Shown: positions 20,283-32,644 of the stretch, piece by piece
Layout: every line of letters starts with the position of its first letter
Position numbering within the stretch: the stretch's first letter is position 1
Assembly: GCA_037131955.1 (NCBI GenBank)
Contig: JBAXQC010000007.1
Location: forward strand, 3,004 to 67,003
DNA from: Bacteroidota bacterium
GTDB taxonomy: Bacteria > Bacteroidota > Bacteroidia > UBA4408
DNA length: 64,000 nt
Reading direction: 5' to 3'
Position numbers and translations under genes: made by a program
The notes under the pieces: generated by a model
The model's input: only the letters and a program-made list of their open reading frames with translations
Told to the model about the DNA's origin: nothing
Database searches by the model: none

Positions 20283-20873
20283 TTAGAATTTCACTTCAGG
20301 AGCTTTTTCAGAACCTGCAGCAGCCTCAAAATATCCTTTCTTTTCCATATTAAATAAACCTGCAATTAAGTTATTTGGGAATTTTTTGATGTAGGTATTG
20401 TATTCTTTAACTAGCTCATTAAATTTATTTCTTTCAACATTAATCCTATTTTCTGTACCTTCTAGTTGTGATTGCAATTCAAGAAAATTTTGGTTTGCTT
20501 TTAAATCAGGATATTTTTCAATTGTTACCAATAACCTCGATAATGCACCGGATAAGCCGTCTTGAGCTGCTTGAAATTTTTGTATATTTTCAGGATTTAA
20601 ATTTGATGGATCAATGGTCATACTTGTTGCTTTAGCTCTAGCTTCAACTACTGCAGTAAGTGTAGATTTTTCAAATTCTGCATACCCTTTTACAGTATTA
20701 ACTAAATTTGGAATTAAATCGGCCCTGCGCTGGTAGGCACTTTGCACATTAGCCCATTGAGAAGTGGCAGGCTCGCTCAATTCAACCATATTATTATACT
20801 TGCCTGCAAACAATTGATAAATTGCAAATAAAAGAACTAAAATTCCTCCAATTATTATCAAACTTTTTTTCAT
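20283..20873 (-). CDS. lemA: LemA family membrane protein
   Basis: 196 aa with an N-terminal TM. The LemA family signature is conserved (WANVQSAYQRRADLIPNLV..., ...EGTENRINVERNKFNE...). Confidence 0.8.
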   Translation of the reverse strand: MKKSLIIIGGILVLLFAIYQLFAGKYNNMVELSEPATSQWANVQSAYQRRADLIPNLVNTVKGYAEFEKSTLTAVVEARAKATSMTIDPSNLNPENIQKFQAAQDGLSGALSRLLVTIEKYPDLKANQNFLELQSQLEGTENRINVERNKFNELVKEYNTYIKKFPNNLIAGLFNMEKKGYFEAAAGSEKAPEVKF

Positions 20874-20893
20874 TTTTATTTTTTTTATTATTT

Positions 20894-21187
20894 TTAAACT
20901 AATACTATTTGATGTATTCTATTTATGGGAATAACTATTCCTCCTTTTAGTACTACTCTTTTATCTGTAGTTGCCCAAACAGTAGTTTCTACTTGCTTTA
21001 CAGCGTCTGAGTCTTCAAAAACTATTTTTATTTTGCTGTGCTCCATATTTCCTAGTTTGGTGGCATTCTCTAAAAGCAAAACCAGCGCTTCCTTATCTTT
21101 TGCATTAAGCACATCATCTGCCGGAAACTGGCTCGTGGCTATACTTTCCTTGTTTACTTGAATTGGGATAACAATATTCTTTGGCAT
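20894..21187 (-). CDS. Hypothetical protein
   Basis: 97 aa soluble ORF 20 bp upstream of lemA in the same orientation. No family recognised. Confidence 0.35.
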   Translation of the reverse strand: MPKNIVIPIQVNKESIATSQFPADDVLNAKDKEALVLLLENATKLGNMEHSKIKIVFEDSDAVKQVETTVWATTDKRVVLKGGIVIPINRIHQIVLV

Positions 21188-21275
21188 AAATTATTATTTG
21201 TCTCTTTTGAACGATTTATTGTTTTTAATTGTTTCAAAGGTAAACGTTTTGCAACACTAAATAATTTAAATAAAA

Positions 21276-21830
21276 TTAAATATTTTCTAAAACGTTTATT
21301 TGAGGATAAAAAAACTTTACAAAGTTCACCAATTCCATAGGTTTGTTTGTTCCAATTAAAAAACGTTTACCAGAGTTTAAGGTAATTTCAACGGCATAAT
21401 CACCACTAGTAAAAAAGTTTTTAATTCCTTGTTTTTCGTTATTAAAAAGTGTTCCTAAAAATAAACTACCCTTAAGTTTTTTGCACCTAAGAAACGTTAT
21501 CTCATGCAATGGAATTTCAATTTTCTTTTTACTTGGAAATTTAACTAGAGTTAGTTGATCTTTATTTCCATTGATTTTTAAATGAGGAATGAACATTAGC
21601 ATTATAGAAAAAACTATGATTGCAATCCCCATTAAAAAAAACAATTCACCTGAGTTTGGAATGTCTTTGGCTGGATATGACCCAATTCTAAAATTTCCTA
21701 TTACTGTATAAACCGGTTTTGGATTTTCGCTCCAATAATAAGCTACAAAACAAAATAAAGCTAAAACTAGCCTTATTAAAATGTAAAATTGATTATAGCC
21801 TAAAAATTGCTTTTCTTTAAACTGAAACAC
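21276..21830 (-). CDS. Hypothetical membrane protein (possible bacterial PH-domain membrane protein)
   Basis: 184 aa with two N-terminal TM helices followed by a soluble domain. Confidence 0.4.
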   Translation of the reverse strand: MFQFKEKQFLGYNQFYILIRLVLALFCFVAYYWSENPKPVYTVIGNFRIGSYPAKDIPNSGELFFLMGIAIIVFSIMLMFIPHLKINGNKDQLTLVKFPSKKKIEIPLHEITFLRCKKLKGSLFLGTLFNNEKQGIKNFFTSGDYAVEITLNSGKRFLIGTNKPMELVNFVKFFYPQINVLENI

Positions 21831-21940
21831 TATTTTTTTTACAAAAATATAAAAAAAAACTAGTGAGTTTGTATTAATAATTTTGTTGTTGTTTTTTGAA
21901 ACTTAAGGTAGTTTGAACGTTACGAATTAAAAAAAATACA

Positions 21941-22597
21941 TTATATAAAAATCAACAAACAAAATTCAGATAAAAAACCAATTAAAAAGCCCCAATAAAT
22001 TTGATAGGGGGCATGGGCTCCTAAATACAAGCGAGAGCTGCCAACTATTCCTGCAATTATTAATGCTCCAATAATTAATGCCCTGTAATCTACACCAAGT
22101 AAAATTGTTAATCCTGCTATACTTCCAATTAAGCCGCCTATTCCAATCATGTGAGCAGAAATTTTAAATTTGTAGTTTAAAATTACCGTTGCAAGCATTG
22201 CAATAGTTGCTCCCAACATTATCAGTGAAATAATTATTAACGCTGGGTATTTTTGTAGCATGTAATAACAGAAAAAAAAACTGAAACCTGCTATTAAAAA
22301 AGGCAATTTTCTTTCATTTCTGTCATTCATCTCATAATTGCTTATGAGATTCATCTTTTTTAAAATTACACTTGAGAGTAAGGGAATAAGCAACGTGTAA
22401 ACACCAACAATGCCAAAAATTAGCAAATGCAATTGCTTTGGTATATTAAATGTAACATACGGATTGTAATTAAAAATTATCCACAGCGTAAGCAAGGGCA
22501 TAAACATTGGATGAAAGATTACAGAAACAATACTGGCAGTTTTTTTCAAAATAATAAAGTTTCTCTTAGAACAATGAGTTGCCTTTGTAGCCGGCAT
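21941..22597 (-). CDS. Polytopic membrane protein, PAP2 (phosphatidic acid phosphatase type 2)-like
   Basis: 218 aa with ~6 TM helices. Partial PAP2 motifs (ISAHM..., SSRLYLGAH). The 5' end overlaps the ruvB 3' end by 32 nt, so the true start may be internal. Confidence 0.4.
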   Translation of the reverse strand: MPATKATHCSKRNFIILKKTASIVSVIFHPMFMPLLTLWIIFNYNPYVTFNIPKQLHLLIFGIVGVYTLLIPLLSSVILKKMNLISNYEMNDRNERKLPFLIAGFSFFFCYYMLQKYPALIIISLIMLGATIAMLATVILNYKFKISAHMIGIGGLIGSIAGLTILLGVDYRALIIGALIIAGIVGSSRLYLGAHAPYQIYWGFLIGFLSEFCLLIFI

Positions 22598-23594
22598 TAA
22601 ATTTGCCCAAATGTTTGTAGGCTAATTCTGTAGCTTCTCTGCCTCTTGGAGTTCTCATAAGGTATCCCTCTTGAATTAAAAATGGTTCGTAAACTTCCTC
22701 TATTGTATCTGACTCTTCGCCTACAGCAGTAGCAATAGTTGTGAGGCCAACCGGACCACCTTTAAATTTATCTATAATTGTATTTAAAATTTTAATGTCC
22801 ATTTCATCCAATCCATTTTTATCTACATTTAGAGCATTCAGAGCCATTTGAGCAATTTCAAACGTAATTGTGCCGTTTCCTTTTACTTGTGCAAAATCTC
22901 TTGTTCTACGCAGCAAAGCATTTGCAATTCTTGGTGTTCCTCTGCTTCTTCTTGCAATTTCATAGGCTGCAACTTCTTCTATTGGCACTTTAAGAATGGA
23001 AGAAGACCTTACAACAATTCCAGTAAGTACTTTTGAGTTGTAATATTCTAATCTAGAATTTATTCCAAACCTTGCCCTAAGTGGCGATGTAAGCAAACCT
23101 GCACGGGTAGTTGCACCAACTAATGTAAAAGGATTTAGTTTTATTTGAACTGTTCTGGCATTTGGACCAGAATCAATCATGATGTCTATTCGGTAGTCTT
23201 CCATGGCAGAATATAAATATTCTTCCACTATAGGACTTAATCTATGTATTTCATCAATAAACAAAACATCGTTGGGTTCTAAATTTGTTAATAATCCAGC
23301 TAAGTCACCGGGTTTATCCAACACTGGGCCTGATGTAATTTTTATACCAACCCCCAATTCGTTGGCCATAATGTTGGCAAGCGTTGTTTTTCCTAATCCT
23401 GGAGGTCCATGCAGTAAGGTGTGATCTAAAGACTCTTCTCTCATTTTTGCTGCTTCAACAAAAATCTTTAAGTTTTCTAAAACTTTATCTTGTCCCGCAA
23501 AATCAGTAAACTCCAAAGGTCGCAATGCCTTTTCAATTTCCTTTTCTACCGGATTTATTTCTTCATCATTAGCATCAAAAATCCTTGTCATCAT
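22566..23594 (-). CDS. ruvB: Holliday junction branch-migration helicase RuvB
   Basis: 342 aa AAA+ protein with Walker [12 protein letters not shown] and RuvB-like sequence throughout. Confidence 0.95.
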   Translation of the reverse strand: MMTRIFDANDEEINPVEKEIEKALRPLEFTDFAGQDKVLENLKIFVEAAKMREESLDHTLLHGPPGLGKTTLANIMANELGVGIKITSGPVLDKPGDLAGLLTNLEPNDVLFIDEIHRLSPIVEEYLYSAMEDYRIDIMIDSGPNARTVQIKLNPFTLVGATTRAGLLTSPLRARFGINSRLEYYNSKVLTGIVVRSSSILKVPIEEVAAYEIARRSRGTPRIANALLRRTRDFAQVKGNGTITFEIAQMALNALNVDKNGLDEMDIKILNTIIDKFKGGPVGLTTIATAVGEESDTIEEVYEPFLIQEGYLMRTPRGREATELAYKHLGKFNAGYKGNSLF

Positions 23595-23786
23595 TTAAAA
23601 TCTGTTTTCAAAATTACAATTAAAAATTGTTTTTTGTTTATTCAATTTACTTTTTAATTTTATGAATGTGAGTAAATTCTAATATAATTATTCACTTAAA
23701 ACTTCTTTTTAAATTATTTTTGCAACTCAAAAAAACTTGCTCACGCTAACGTATGCATTTGAATTTTTTGGAAAGGAAATTTACAA

Positions 23787-26003
23787 ATGGAAAATTTAGA
23801 AATAGAAAAAGAGAAAAAAGAAATTTTAAAAAGATATAAAACACTTCTAAAATCATTAAAAAATCGCATGGAAAAAGGCGATAAACAAATGATAAGAAAA
23901 GCATTTGATTTGGCGCTGGAGCAGCACAAAGATATGCGTAGAAAATCTGGCGAGCCCTATATTTATCATCCATTAGAAGTTGCCCAAATTGTTGTTGACG
24001 AAATTCAATTGGGACCAACTGCAGTTGTTTGTGCTTTGCTGCACGACACAGTAGAAGATACCGATATCACGCTTGAGGATATAAAATCTTTGTTTGGCGA
24101 AAAAGTAATGTCCATAATAGATGGATTAACTAAAATTTCTGGTGTAATTCTAGATCAAACCTCGGGTTCTTTGCAAGCAGAAAATTTTAGAAAAATGTTG
24201 CTCACGCTCTCCAATGATGTTAGGGTAATTTTAATAAAACTTGCAGATAGGTTGCATAACATGAGAACTCTCGATTCTATGAAAAGAGATAAGCAATTAA
24301 AAATTGCATCAGAAACATTGTTCTTATATGCACCTCTGGCTCACCGGTTAGGATTGTATTCTATAAAAACCGAATTAGAGGATTTATGCCTCAAATACAA
24401 AGAGCCCGAAGCCTATTTTTCTATTGCAGAAAAACTTCAGGCCAACGAAAAGGAAAGAATGAGTTACATCAATAAATTCAGTCTTCCAATTATGAATGCC
24501 TTAAACGAAAAGGGTTTTATCTACAACATTAAAAGCAGATCAAAATCTATTTATTCTATTTGGCAAAAAATGAAAAAACAAAACATTCCTTTTGAGGAGG
24601 TTTATGATATTTTTGCTATTCGTTTAATTATTGATGTGCCTATTGAGCAAGAAAAAACTGCCTGTTGGGCCGTTTATTCCATTGTTACAGATTTCTACCG
24701 TTCAAATATGGATAGACTTAGAGATTGGATTAATACCCCAAAATCAAATGGCTACGAAAGTTTGCATACAACTGTAATGGGTCCTGGAGGAAAATGGGTG
24801 GAGGTTCAAATTAGATCTACCAGAATGGACGAAGTAGCAGAAATGGGTTATGCTGCCCATTGGAAATACAAGGACAAAGAAAAAGCAACAGCCAATGAAA
24901 GTGCGTTAGAAGAGTGGTTAAGAAAAATTCGTGAGCTTTTAGAAAATCCTGAAACCAATGCATTGGATTTTATGGATGATTTTAAATTGAATTTGTTTTC
25001 AGAAGAAATATTTGTTTTTACTCCAAAAGGAATAATGAAAACCTTGCCAGTGGGTGCATCTGCTCTGGATTTTGCTTATGAAATTCATTCGGAGGTTGGC
25101 AACAAATGTATAGGTGCAAAAATAAACAACAAACTTTTGCCCATGAGCTACAAGCTAAAAAGTGGAGAGCAAGTAGAAATCTTAGTTTCAGATAAGCAAA
25201 AACCCAAGGAAGATTGGTTTGAATTTGTTACAACTGCAAAAGCTAAAACAAAAATAAAAGAGTTTTTGAAAGATGAAAGAAAAGATCTGGCAAAAACCGG
25301 AAAAGTTATTTTTGATAAAAAACTAAAATCTTTAAAAGTATTGGCAACAGAAGCTAATGTTCACAAAATTTGTCACTTTTATAAAGTTCCAACTTCATTA
25401 GATTTATACTATCAAATTGCTATAAACAATATAGAGTTAAAAAATTTAAAAGATATTGTTTCCGTTGACCCCTCTCTTGGAACAACAAGTATAGTGCTCC
25501 CAAAAACCGAAAATTCAAGAAGTTTTGATGAAGTTGTTAAAGAAGTACGAGGCAAAAATGACTTATTGATATTAGATGAAAAACTTCAAAAGTTAGATTA
25601 CCAAATTTCTGAGTGCTGCAATCCAATTAAAGGAGATGATGTTTTTGGTTTTTTAACAGACGATAAAAAAATTCTTATTCATCGCACCAATTGCCCCAAT
25701 GCAATTCAACTTATGAGCAACTTTGCCTACAGAATTGTAAAGGCAAAATGGACCAATTCCGAAAAAATTTCTTTCCTTGCAGGAATAAAAATAACAGGAA
25801 CAGACGATGTTGGTATTGTAAACAATATTACCAATGTAATTTCTAGCGAATACAACGTAAACATGAGAAGCATAAGCTTTGAGACAAATGATGGTATTTT
25901 TGAGGGAACAATCATGGTTTTTGTTCAAGATACAAATCACTTAACAGAGCTAATAAAAAAACTAAAAAAAGTATTGGGTGTTGTAAAAGTTTTTAGAATT
26001 TAA
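23787..26003 (+). CDS. rel: Bifunctional (p)ppGpp synthetase/hydrolase (RelA/SpoT homologue)
   Basis: 738 aa. HD hydrolase domain (HDTVED), synthetase domain, TGS and ACT C-terminal domains. Confidence 0.9.
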   Translation: MENLEIEKEKKEILKRYKTLLKSLKNRMEKGDKQMIRKAFDLALEQHKDMRRKSGEPYIYHPLEVAQIVVDEIQLGPTAVVCALLHDTVEDTDITLEDIKSLFGEKVMSIIDGLTKISGVILDQTSGSLQAENFRKMLLTLSNDVRVILIKLADRLHNMRTLDSMKRDKQLKIASETLFLYAPLAHRLGLYSIKTELEDLCLKYKEPEAYFSIAEKLQANEKERMSYINKFSLPIMNALNEKGFIYNIKSRSKSIYSIWQKMKKQNIPFEEVYDIFAIRLIIDVPIEQEKTACWAVYSIVTDFYRSNMDRLRDWINTPKSNGYESLHTTVMGPGGKWVEVQIRSTRMDEVAEMGYAAHWKYKDKEKATANESALEEWLRKIRELLENPETNALDFMDDFKLNLFSEEIFVFTPKGIMKTLPVGASALDFAYEIHSEVGNKCIGAKINNKLLPMSYKLKSGEQVEILVSDKQKPKEDWFEFVTTAKAKTKIKEFLKDERKDLAKTGKVIFDKKLKSLKVLATEANVHKICHFYKVPTSLDLYYQIAINNIELKNLKDIVSVDPSLGTTSIVLPKTENSRSFDEVVKEVRGKNDLLILDEKLQKLDYQISECCNPIKGDDVFGFLTDDKKILIHRTNCPNAIQLMSNFAYRIVKAKWTNSEKISFLAGIKITGTDDVGIVNNITNVISSEYNVNMRSISFETNDGIFEGTIMVFVQDTNHLTELIKKLKKVLGVVKVFRI

Positions 26004-26011
26004 AAGAATAA

Positions 26012-26491
26012 ATGGTTAATGATGCTAAAATAAGAGTAAAACAAATTTTTACGGAGTACCTAGAAAAGCTGGGGCACAGAAAAACACCTGAAAGATTTGC
26101 AATTCTTGATGAAATTTATTCTAGAGACGGTCACTTTGACATTGAATCTCTTTATATTTTTATGAAGAACAAAAAGTACCGTGTAAGTAGAGCAACATTA
26201 TACAATACCATAGAATTGCTCTTAGATTGTAACCTTGTAAAACGCCATCAGTTTGGCAAAAACATGGCGCAATTTGAAAAGGCATATAAATATAGGCAGC
26301 ACGATCATTTAATTTGTATAGATTGCAATAAAGTGTTTGAATTTTGTGACCCAAGAATTCAACAAATTCAAAATATGACAGAACAGCTATTAGATTTTTC
26401 GATAAGCCATCACTCTCTTAATTTCTTTGGGAAGTGTAATAAAATTGCCCAAGATGGAAAGTGTGATAATTTTGCTGAATTAACAAAATAA
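26012..26491 (+). CDS. fur: Fur family transcriptional regulator
   Basis: 159 aa. Winged-helix N-terminus ([15 protein letters not shown]...) plus C-terminal Cys/His metal site ([12 protein letters not shown]...HH). Confidence 0.75.
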   Translation: MVNDAKIRVKQIFTEYLEKLGHRKTPERFAILDEIYSRDGHFDIESLYIFMKNKKYRVSRATLYNTIELLLDCNLVKRHQFGKNMAQFEKAYKYRQHDHLICIDCNKVFEFCDPRIQQIQNMTEQLLDFSISHHSLNFFGKCNKIAQDGKCDNFAELTK

Positions 26492-26495
26492 GTAC

Positions 26496-26849
26496 ATGGA
26501 ATTTGACTATAGTTATTTGCAAAACGAGAATTATGTTTTAATTTCATTAAAGGGAAATCTAATGGATAAAATGCAGGCACATTCAATACTATCTTTAATG
26601 GATGAATGGCTAGAAAGTGGAAAAAGAAAATTTATTTTAGATCTAGAAGAACTTCACTATATGAACAGCAGTGGACTAGGTGTGATTATTAATTTTTTAA
26701 CAAAAACAAGAAACAAAGACGGAGAAATAATTATTTGTAACGTCTCAGAAAAAATAAACGATTTATTAGTAATAACAAAGTTGCATCAAGTATTTAATGT
26801 AGTAAATTCAATTAAAGAGGCTGAAGCAAGTTTTGAAAAAAACAATTAA
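26496..26849 (+). CDS. STAS domain protein (anti-sigma-factor antagonist-like)
   Basis: 117 aa SpoIIAA-like fold with the phosphorylatable Ser motif region (YMNSSGLGVII). Confidence 0.65.
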   Translation: MEFDYSYLQNENYVLISLKGNLMDKMQAHSILSLMDEWLESGKRKFILDLEELHYMNSSGLGVIINFLTKTRNKDGEIIICNVSEKINDLLVITKLHQVFNVVNSIKEAEASFEKNN

Positions 26850-28118
<1,269 letters not shown>

Positions 28119-28138
28119 TAGAAAATTAAAATCTTGTT

Positions 28139-29800
28139 GTGAAGAAAATCAAAAATAGTTGTTGCTTTTTCGTTTTTGTTTTTCTAAATATCTACACTTC
28201 AACTTTGTTTGCACAACAAACAAAAATGATTGAAATTTTAAATGCAAATACACTTGAATTTGACGAAAATTTGGGTGTTGATGCAAAAAGATTAATTGGT
28301 GAAGTAAAATTTAAACACGAAAATACTATTATGTTTTGCGACAGTGCATACTATTATTCCAACAACAAATTAGATGCATTTGGAAATGTTCATATTAATG
28401 AAGGCGATTCCGTTCACTTGTATGGAGATTTTTTAAAATACGATGGCAATACAAAAACAGCCGAAGTAATTGATAACGTTAGAATGAACGACAAACAAAT
28501 GAAACTTACCACAAAAAGAGTTTTTTATGATTTAAATAGTGGTGTTGCATTTTATGATCAAAAAGGCAAAATAGTTAACGATAAAAATACACTTACAAGC
28601 AATCTTGGATATTACTATTCAAAAGAAAAAAATCTATTTTTTAAGAACAATGTTATTTTGGTAAATCCAGACTACACAATAAAAAGCGACACCTTAAAAT
28701 ACAATACACTTTCTGAAATTTCTTACTTTTTTGGGCCCACAACAATTACAGGAAAAGAAGAAAAAATATTTTGTAAAAACGGTTGGTACAACAGCAAAAA
28801 AGATGTTTCAAGATTTAGCAAGGAGGCTGTTCTCGAAAATAAAAATCAACAAATAAAAGGTGACAGCTTATTCTACGATAAAGGCAATTCTTATGGAAAG
28901 GCAACAGGAAATGTTACCATAACTGATACAACTGAAAAAATTATTCTTAAAGGCGAAGTATCAGAAATGTTTCAGAATTTAGATTATTCCTACATCACTA
29001 AAAATGCATTACTCATTCAATACGACAAAACCGATACACTTTTTTTAACAGCAGATACTCTTAAAGCCACCTACGATAGCATATATTTTGCCGAAAAATA
29101 TAAATTCTATACAAATCAGAAATTACTTAAAATGTCAGAAAAAAAATTAAAGGATAAAAAAGAAATAAAAACGCAACCTGAAAAGAAAACTGAAACCGTT
29201 AAATTCTCAAATGATACTCTAGCTGAACATCACAGAATGATTTTGGCGTATCGCAGGGTAAAATTTTTTAGAAAAGATTTGCAGGGAAAATGCGATTCTT
29301 TGGCTTATATTTCTAATGACTCTTTGATGAAAATGTTTAACAAGCCAGTTTTGTGGAGCGATGAAAACCAGCTCACTGCAAAATTCATTAAAATTAAAAT
29401 TTCTGATGGCAAAGTTTATAAATTGCAAATGACCGAAAACTCGTTTATAATTTCTAAGGAAGACTCATTAAGATTTAATCAAATAAAAGGAAAAAACATG
29501 ATTGGTTTATTTTCAGAAAATGAACTTTATAAAATAGATGTTTTTGGAAATGGTGAATCGGTTTATTTTGCAAAAGACGATCAAGATGGTTCTTTTATTG
29601 GAGTGAATAAAGCAGTTTGTACCAATATTTCAATTTCAATAAAAGAAAAAAAGGTAGATAAAATTACCATGAAAAATTCACCCGATGCTGTTATGTATCC
29701 TATAAAAGAATTACCTCCACAAGAACTTATTCTAAAGGATTTTATATGGCGAGGTGCTGAAAGACCCGCAAAAAAAGCTGATTTAATTAGCACAAGATAA
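28139..29800 (+). CDS. OstA-like (LptD N-terminal-like) repeat protein, secreted
   Basis: 553 aa with a signal peptide and repeated OstA_N-like beta-jellyroll segments. Confidence 0.45.
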   Translation: MKKIKNSCCFFVFVFLNIYTSTLFAQQTKMIEILNANTLEFDENLGVDAKRLIGEVKFKHENTIMFCDSAYYYSNNKLDAFGNVHINEGDSVHLYGDFLKYDGNTKTAEVIDNVRMNDKQMKLTTKRVFYDLNSGVAFYDQKGKIVNDKNTLTSNLGYYYSKEKNLFFKNNVILVNPDYTIKSDTLKYNTLSEISYFFGPTTITGKEEKIFCKNGWYNSKKDVSRFSKEAVLENKNQQIKGDSLFYDKGNSYGKATGNVTITDTTEKIILKGEVSEMFQNLDYSYITKNALLIQYDKTDTLFLTADTLKATYDSIYFAEKYKFYTNQKLLKMSEKKLKDKKEIKTQPEKKTETVKFSNDTLAEHHRMILAYRRVKFFRKDLQGKCDSLAYISNDSLMKMFNKPVLWSDENQLTAKFIKIKISDGKVYKLQMTENSFIISKEDSLRFNQIKGKNMIGLFSENELYKIDVFGNGESVYFAKDDQDGSFIGVNKAVCTNISISIKEKKVDKITMKNSPDAVMYPIKELPPQELILKDFIWRGAERPAKKADLISTR

Positions 29801-29927
29801 TCTAAAATAACAAAAAAATTGGTGGTGAATTAAAATTTAACTCAACACATGTTTAGAGAAATCGCAATTTTTTTTGCTGCTTTTTATTTTTTATTTATCT
29901 TCGTTTTCATTTCTAAAAAAATAAACA

Positions 29928-30632
29928 ATGAAAAAATTACTTTTCATCTCAATTATTAGTGCAGTACTGTTTAGTTCTTGTACCAAAGAACCCACTGCTA
30001 CAAAAATTTTAATGCAAGGCAATTGGCAGCTAACAGCAGCTACAGATGCAAATGGGAATGACATTTTATCTAAAGTAACATTTCCAGTTACTGTAATTCA
30101 ACTTACAGACGATAACGGAATGTTAGGAACTCACGCCCCATTGGCAACAAGAGTTGTATACGGAGATACAAAATGGACAGAGGCATCTGGTAAAATGAAT
30201 CAATTGTTTGATTATGCAAATTTTAGATTTAATACCGGAGAATTTTTTGTGGGCGAAGGATCGGTTGATAATTTTACAATTGAATTTAAACTTCAGGCAA
30301 CTGCCATAGGTGGTGGAGTTCTCTCAGATGTTTTAAGTATTTTTGGTGTTGCAAATGGATGGCTTCAGCAAACTGTTTACCATAAATTTACCAATGTAAA
30401 AATTTCATTTCCTGGCCAAGAGGCAACAATCTTTACTTCCAAAGCCAAAGAAGAAAGAAATACCATGATTTGGGAATTTACTGATGCAACACAGGGATTT
30501 TATAACTATAAAAATGCTCAAGGCAATTCTGTATTGTGGAACGGTTGGCCGGTAGAAAAATTTGCAAGAGGAAAATATACTTGGACAAAGAAAACCGAAG
30601 GCATAAACGACATCGTTAAAGCAAATCTTTAA
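29928..30632 (+). CDS. Hypothetical lipoprotein
   Basis: 234 aa with a lipoprotein signal (LFSSC). Confidence 0.4.
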   Translation: MKKLLFISIISAVLFSSCTKEPTATKILMQGNWQLTAATDANGNDILSKVTFPVTVIQLTDDNGMLGTHAPLATRVVYGDTKWTEASGKMNQLFDYANFRFNTGEFFVGEGSVDNFTIEFKLQATAIGGGVLSDVLSIFGVANGWLQQTVYHKFTNVKISFPGQEATIFTSKAKEERNTMIWEFTDATQGFYNYKNAQGNSVLWNGWPVEKFARGKYTWTKKTEGINDIVKANL

Positions 30633-30724
30633 ATTATTTATTACTTTTAATTGGTGAATAAATAAATTAAATAAAAAATTATCATTTCTATTTAATCCTA
30701 AATTTGCCTTTTTATTAGATTAAA

Positions 30725-32572
30725 ATGGCAAAGGAAAACAATTACGACGACGATAGTATAAAGAGTCTTGACTGGAAAGAACACATCCGTTTAAGACCCG
30801 GAATGTATATTGGTAAACTAGGAGATGGTTCTGCCCACGATGATGGAATTTATATTCTTATCAAGGAAATTATAGACAACAGTATTGATGAGTTTGTGAT
30901 GGGAAATGGAAAGAAAATAGAACTTTCCATCAAAGATAAAACAGTTACAATTAGAGATTATGGGCGAGGAATTCCATTAGGAAAAGTTATTGACTGCGTT
31001 TCAAAAATAAATACAGGCGCAAAGTATGATTCCGAAGCATTTAAAAAATCTGTTGGATTAAACGGTGTTGGTACAAAAGCAGTAAATGCCTTATCTTCTT
31101 ATTTTAAAGTACAATCAATTAGAGAGGGCAAATCAAAACTTGTAGAATTTGCAGACGGTGCAATTACAAAAGACAATAAAATTACCGATAGTACGGAAAA
31201 ACAAGGCACTATAATATCATTTACCCCTTCCGAAAAAATATTTGGAAAATTTCACTTCATACATGAATATGTAGAACAAATGATTTGGAATTATGCCTAC
31301 TTAAATACTGGATTAAGCATACAATACAATGGAAAAAGTTATTTTTCTGAAAGAGGCTTATATGATTTGTTGAATCAAAATTTAAGCGGAAATATTTTAT
31401 ACCCAATAATCCATTTAAAGGGCTATGATATAGAGTTGGCATTTACTCACGGGGCGCAGTATGGCGAAGAATATTATTCATTTGTAAACGGACAGCATAC
31501 AACGCAAGGAGGAACTCACCAAAATGCTTTTAGAGAAGCCATGGTAAAAACCGTTAGGGAATTTTACAAAAAAGATTTTGATGCTGTAGATGTTAGAACT
31601 TCCATAGTAGCTGCCGTTAGTATAAAGGTTCAAGAACCAGTTTTTGAATCGCAAACAAAAACTAAATTAGGCTCTCAGGATATTGCAATTGGTGGTCAGT
31701 CTGTAAGAGCATTTATTGGAGATTTTATAAAGAGAGAGTTAGACAATTACCTTCACAAAAATTCTGAAACTGCAGATTTACTTTATCAAAAAATTGTTCA
31801 ATCAGAAAAAGAAAGAAAAGAGCTATCTGGCATTAGAAAACTTGCACGTGAAAGAGCTAAGAAGGCAAGTTTACACAACAAAAAATTAAGAGACTGTAAA
31901 GTCCATTTCAATTCTAATGACGAAAGAAAATTAGAAACAACATTGTTTATTACAGAAGGTGATTCGGCAAGCGGTTCTATTACCAAATCCAGAGATGTTG
32001 CATCGCAAGCAGTATTTAGTTTAAAAGGGAAACCACTAAATTGCTACGGACTTACAAAAAAAATAGTTTACGAAAACGAGGAATTTAATTTGTTGCAAAG
32101 TGCTTTAAACATCGAAGATGGCTTAGATGATTTAAGATACAACAACATTGTAATTGCTACAGATGCAGATGTGGATGGTATGCACATTCGATTACTATTG
32201 ATTACTTTTTTTCTTCAATTTTTTCCTGACTTAGTTAAAAATGGTCACTTATATATTCTTCAAACGCCATTGTTTAGAGTTAGAAATAAAAAGAAAACAA
32301 ATTATTGCTATACCGAAGAAGAAAGAGTAAGCTCAATAAATGAATTGGGGCCAAAGCCAGAAATAACAAGATTTAAAGGATTAGGAGAAATTTCTCCAGA
32401 TGAATTTAAAAATTTTATTGGAAAGGATATTCGTCTAGAGCCTGTAATTGTTGATAAAAATACCAGTTTAGAAGAAATTCTTTCTTATTACATGGGAAAA
32501 AATACTCCAACAAGACAAGAATTTATCATTGAAAATCTAAGGTTAGAAAAAGATTTAGTAGAAGAAGTTTAA
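30725..32572 (+). CDS. parE: DNA topoisomerase IV subunit B (type IIA topoisomerase ATPase subunit)
   Basis: 615 aa with GHKL ATPase, transducer and TOPRIM domains. It is short for GyrB and has ParE-like length. Confidence 0.8.
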   Translation: MAKENNYDDDSIKSLDWKEHIRLRPGMYIGKLGDGSAHDDGIYILIKEIIDNSIDEFVMGNGKKIELSIKDKTVTIRDYGRGIPLGKVIDCVSKINTGAKYDSEAFKKSVGLNGVGTKAVNALSSYFKVQSIREGKSKLVEFADGAITKDNKITDSTEKQGTIISFTPSEKIFGKFHFIHEYVEQMIWNYAYLNTGLSIQYNGKSYFSERGLYDLLNQNLSGNILYPIIHLKGYDIELAFTHGAQYGEEYYSFVNGQHTTQGGTHQNAFREAMVKTVREFYKKDFDAVDVRTSIVAAVSIKVQEPVFESQTKTKLGSQDIAIGGQSVRAFIGDFIKRELDNYLHKNSETADLLYQKIVQSEKERKELSGIRKLARERAKKASLHNKKLRDCKVHFNSNDERKLETTLFITEGDSASGSITKSRDVASQAVFSLKGKPLNCYGLTKKIVYENEEFNLLQSALNIEDGLDDLRYNNIVIATDADVDGMHIRLLLITFFLQFFPDLVKNGHLYILQTPLFRVRNKKKTNYCYTEEERVSSINELGPKPEITRFKGLGEISPDEFKNFIGKDIRLEPVIVDKNTSLEEILSYYMGKNTPTRQEFIIENLRLEKDLVEEV

Positions 32573-32644
32573 TAAGTAACCTACCACTAAATTTTTCCGT
32601 AAACAAGCAATTAAAATTTTATTGTTTATAAGTTAAACCTTCAA

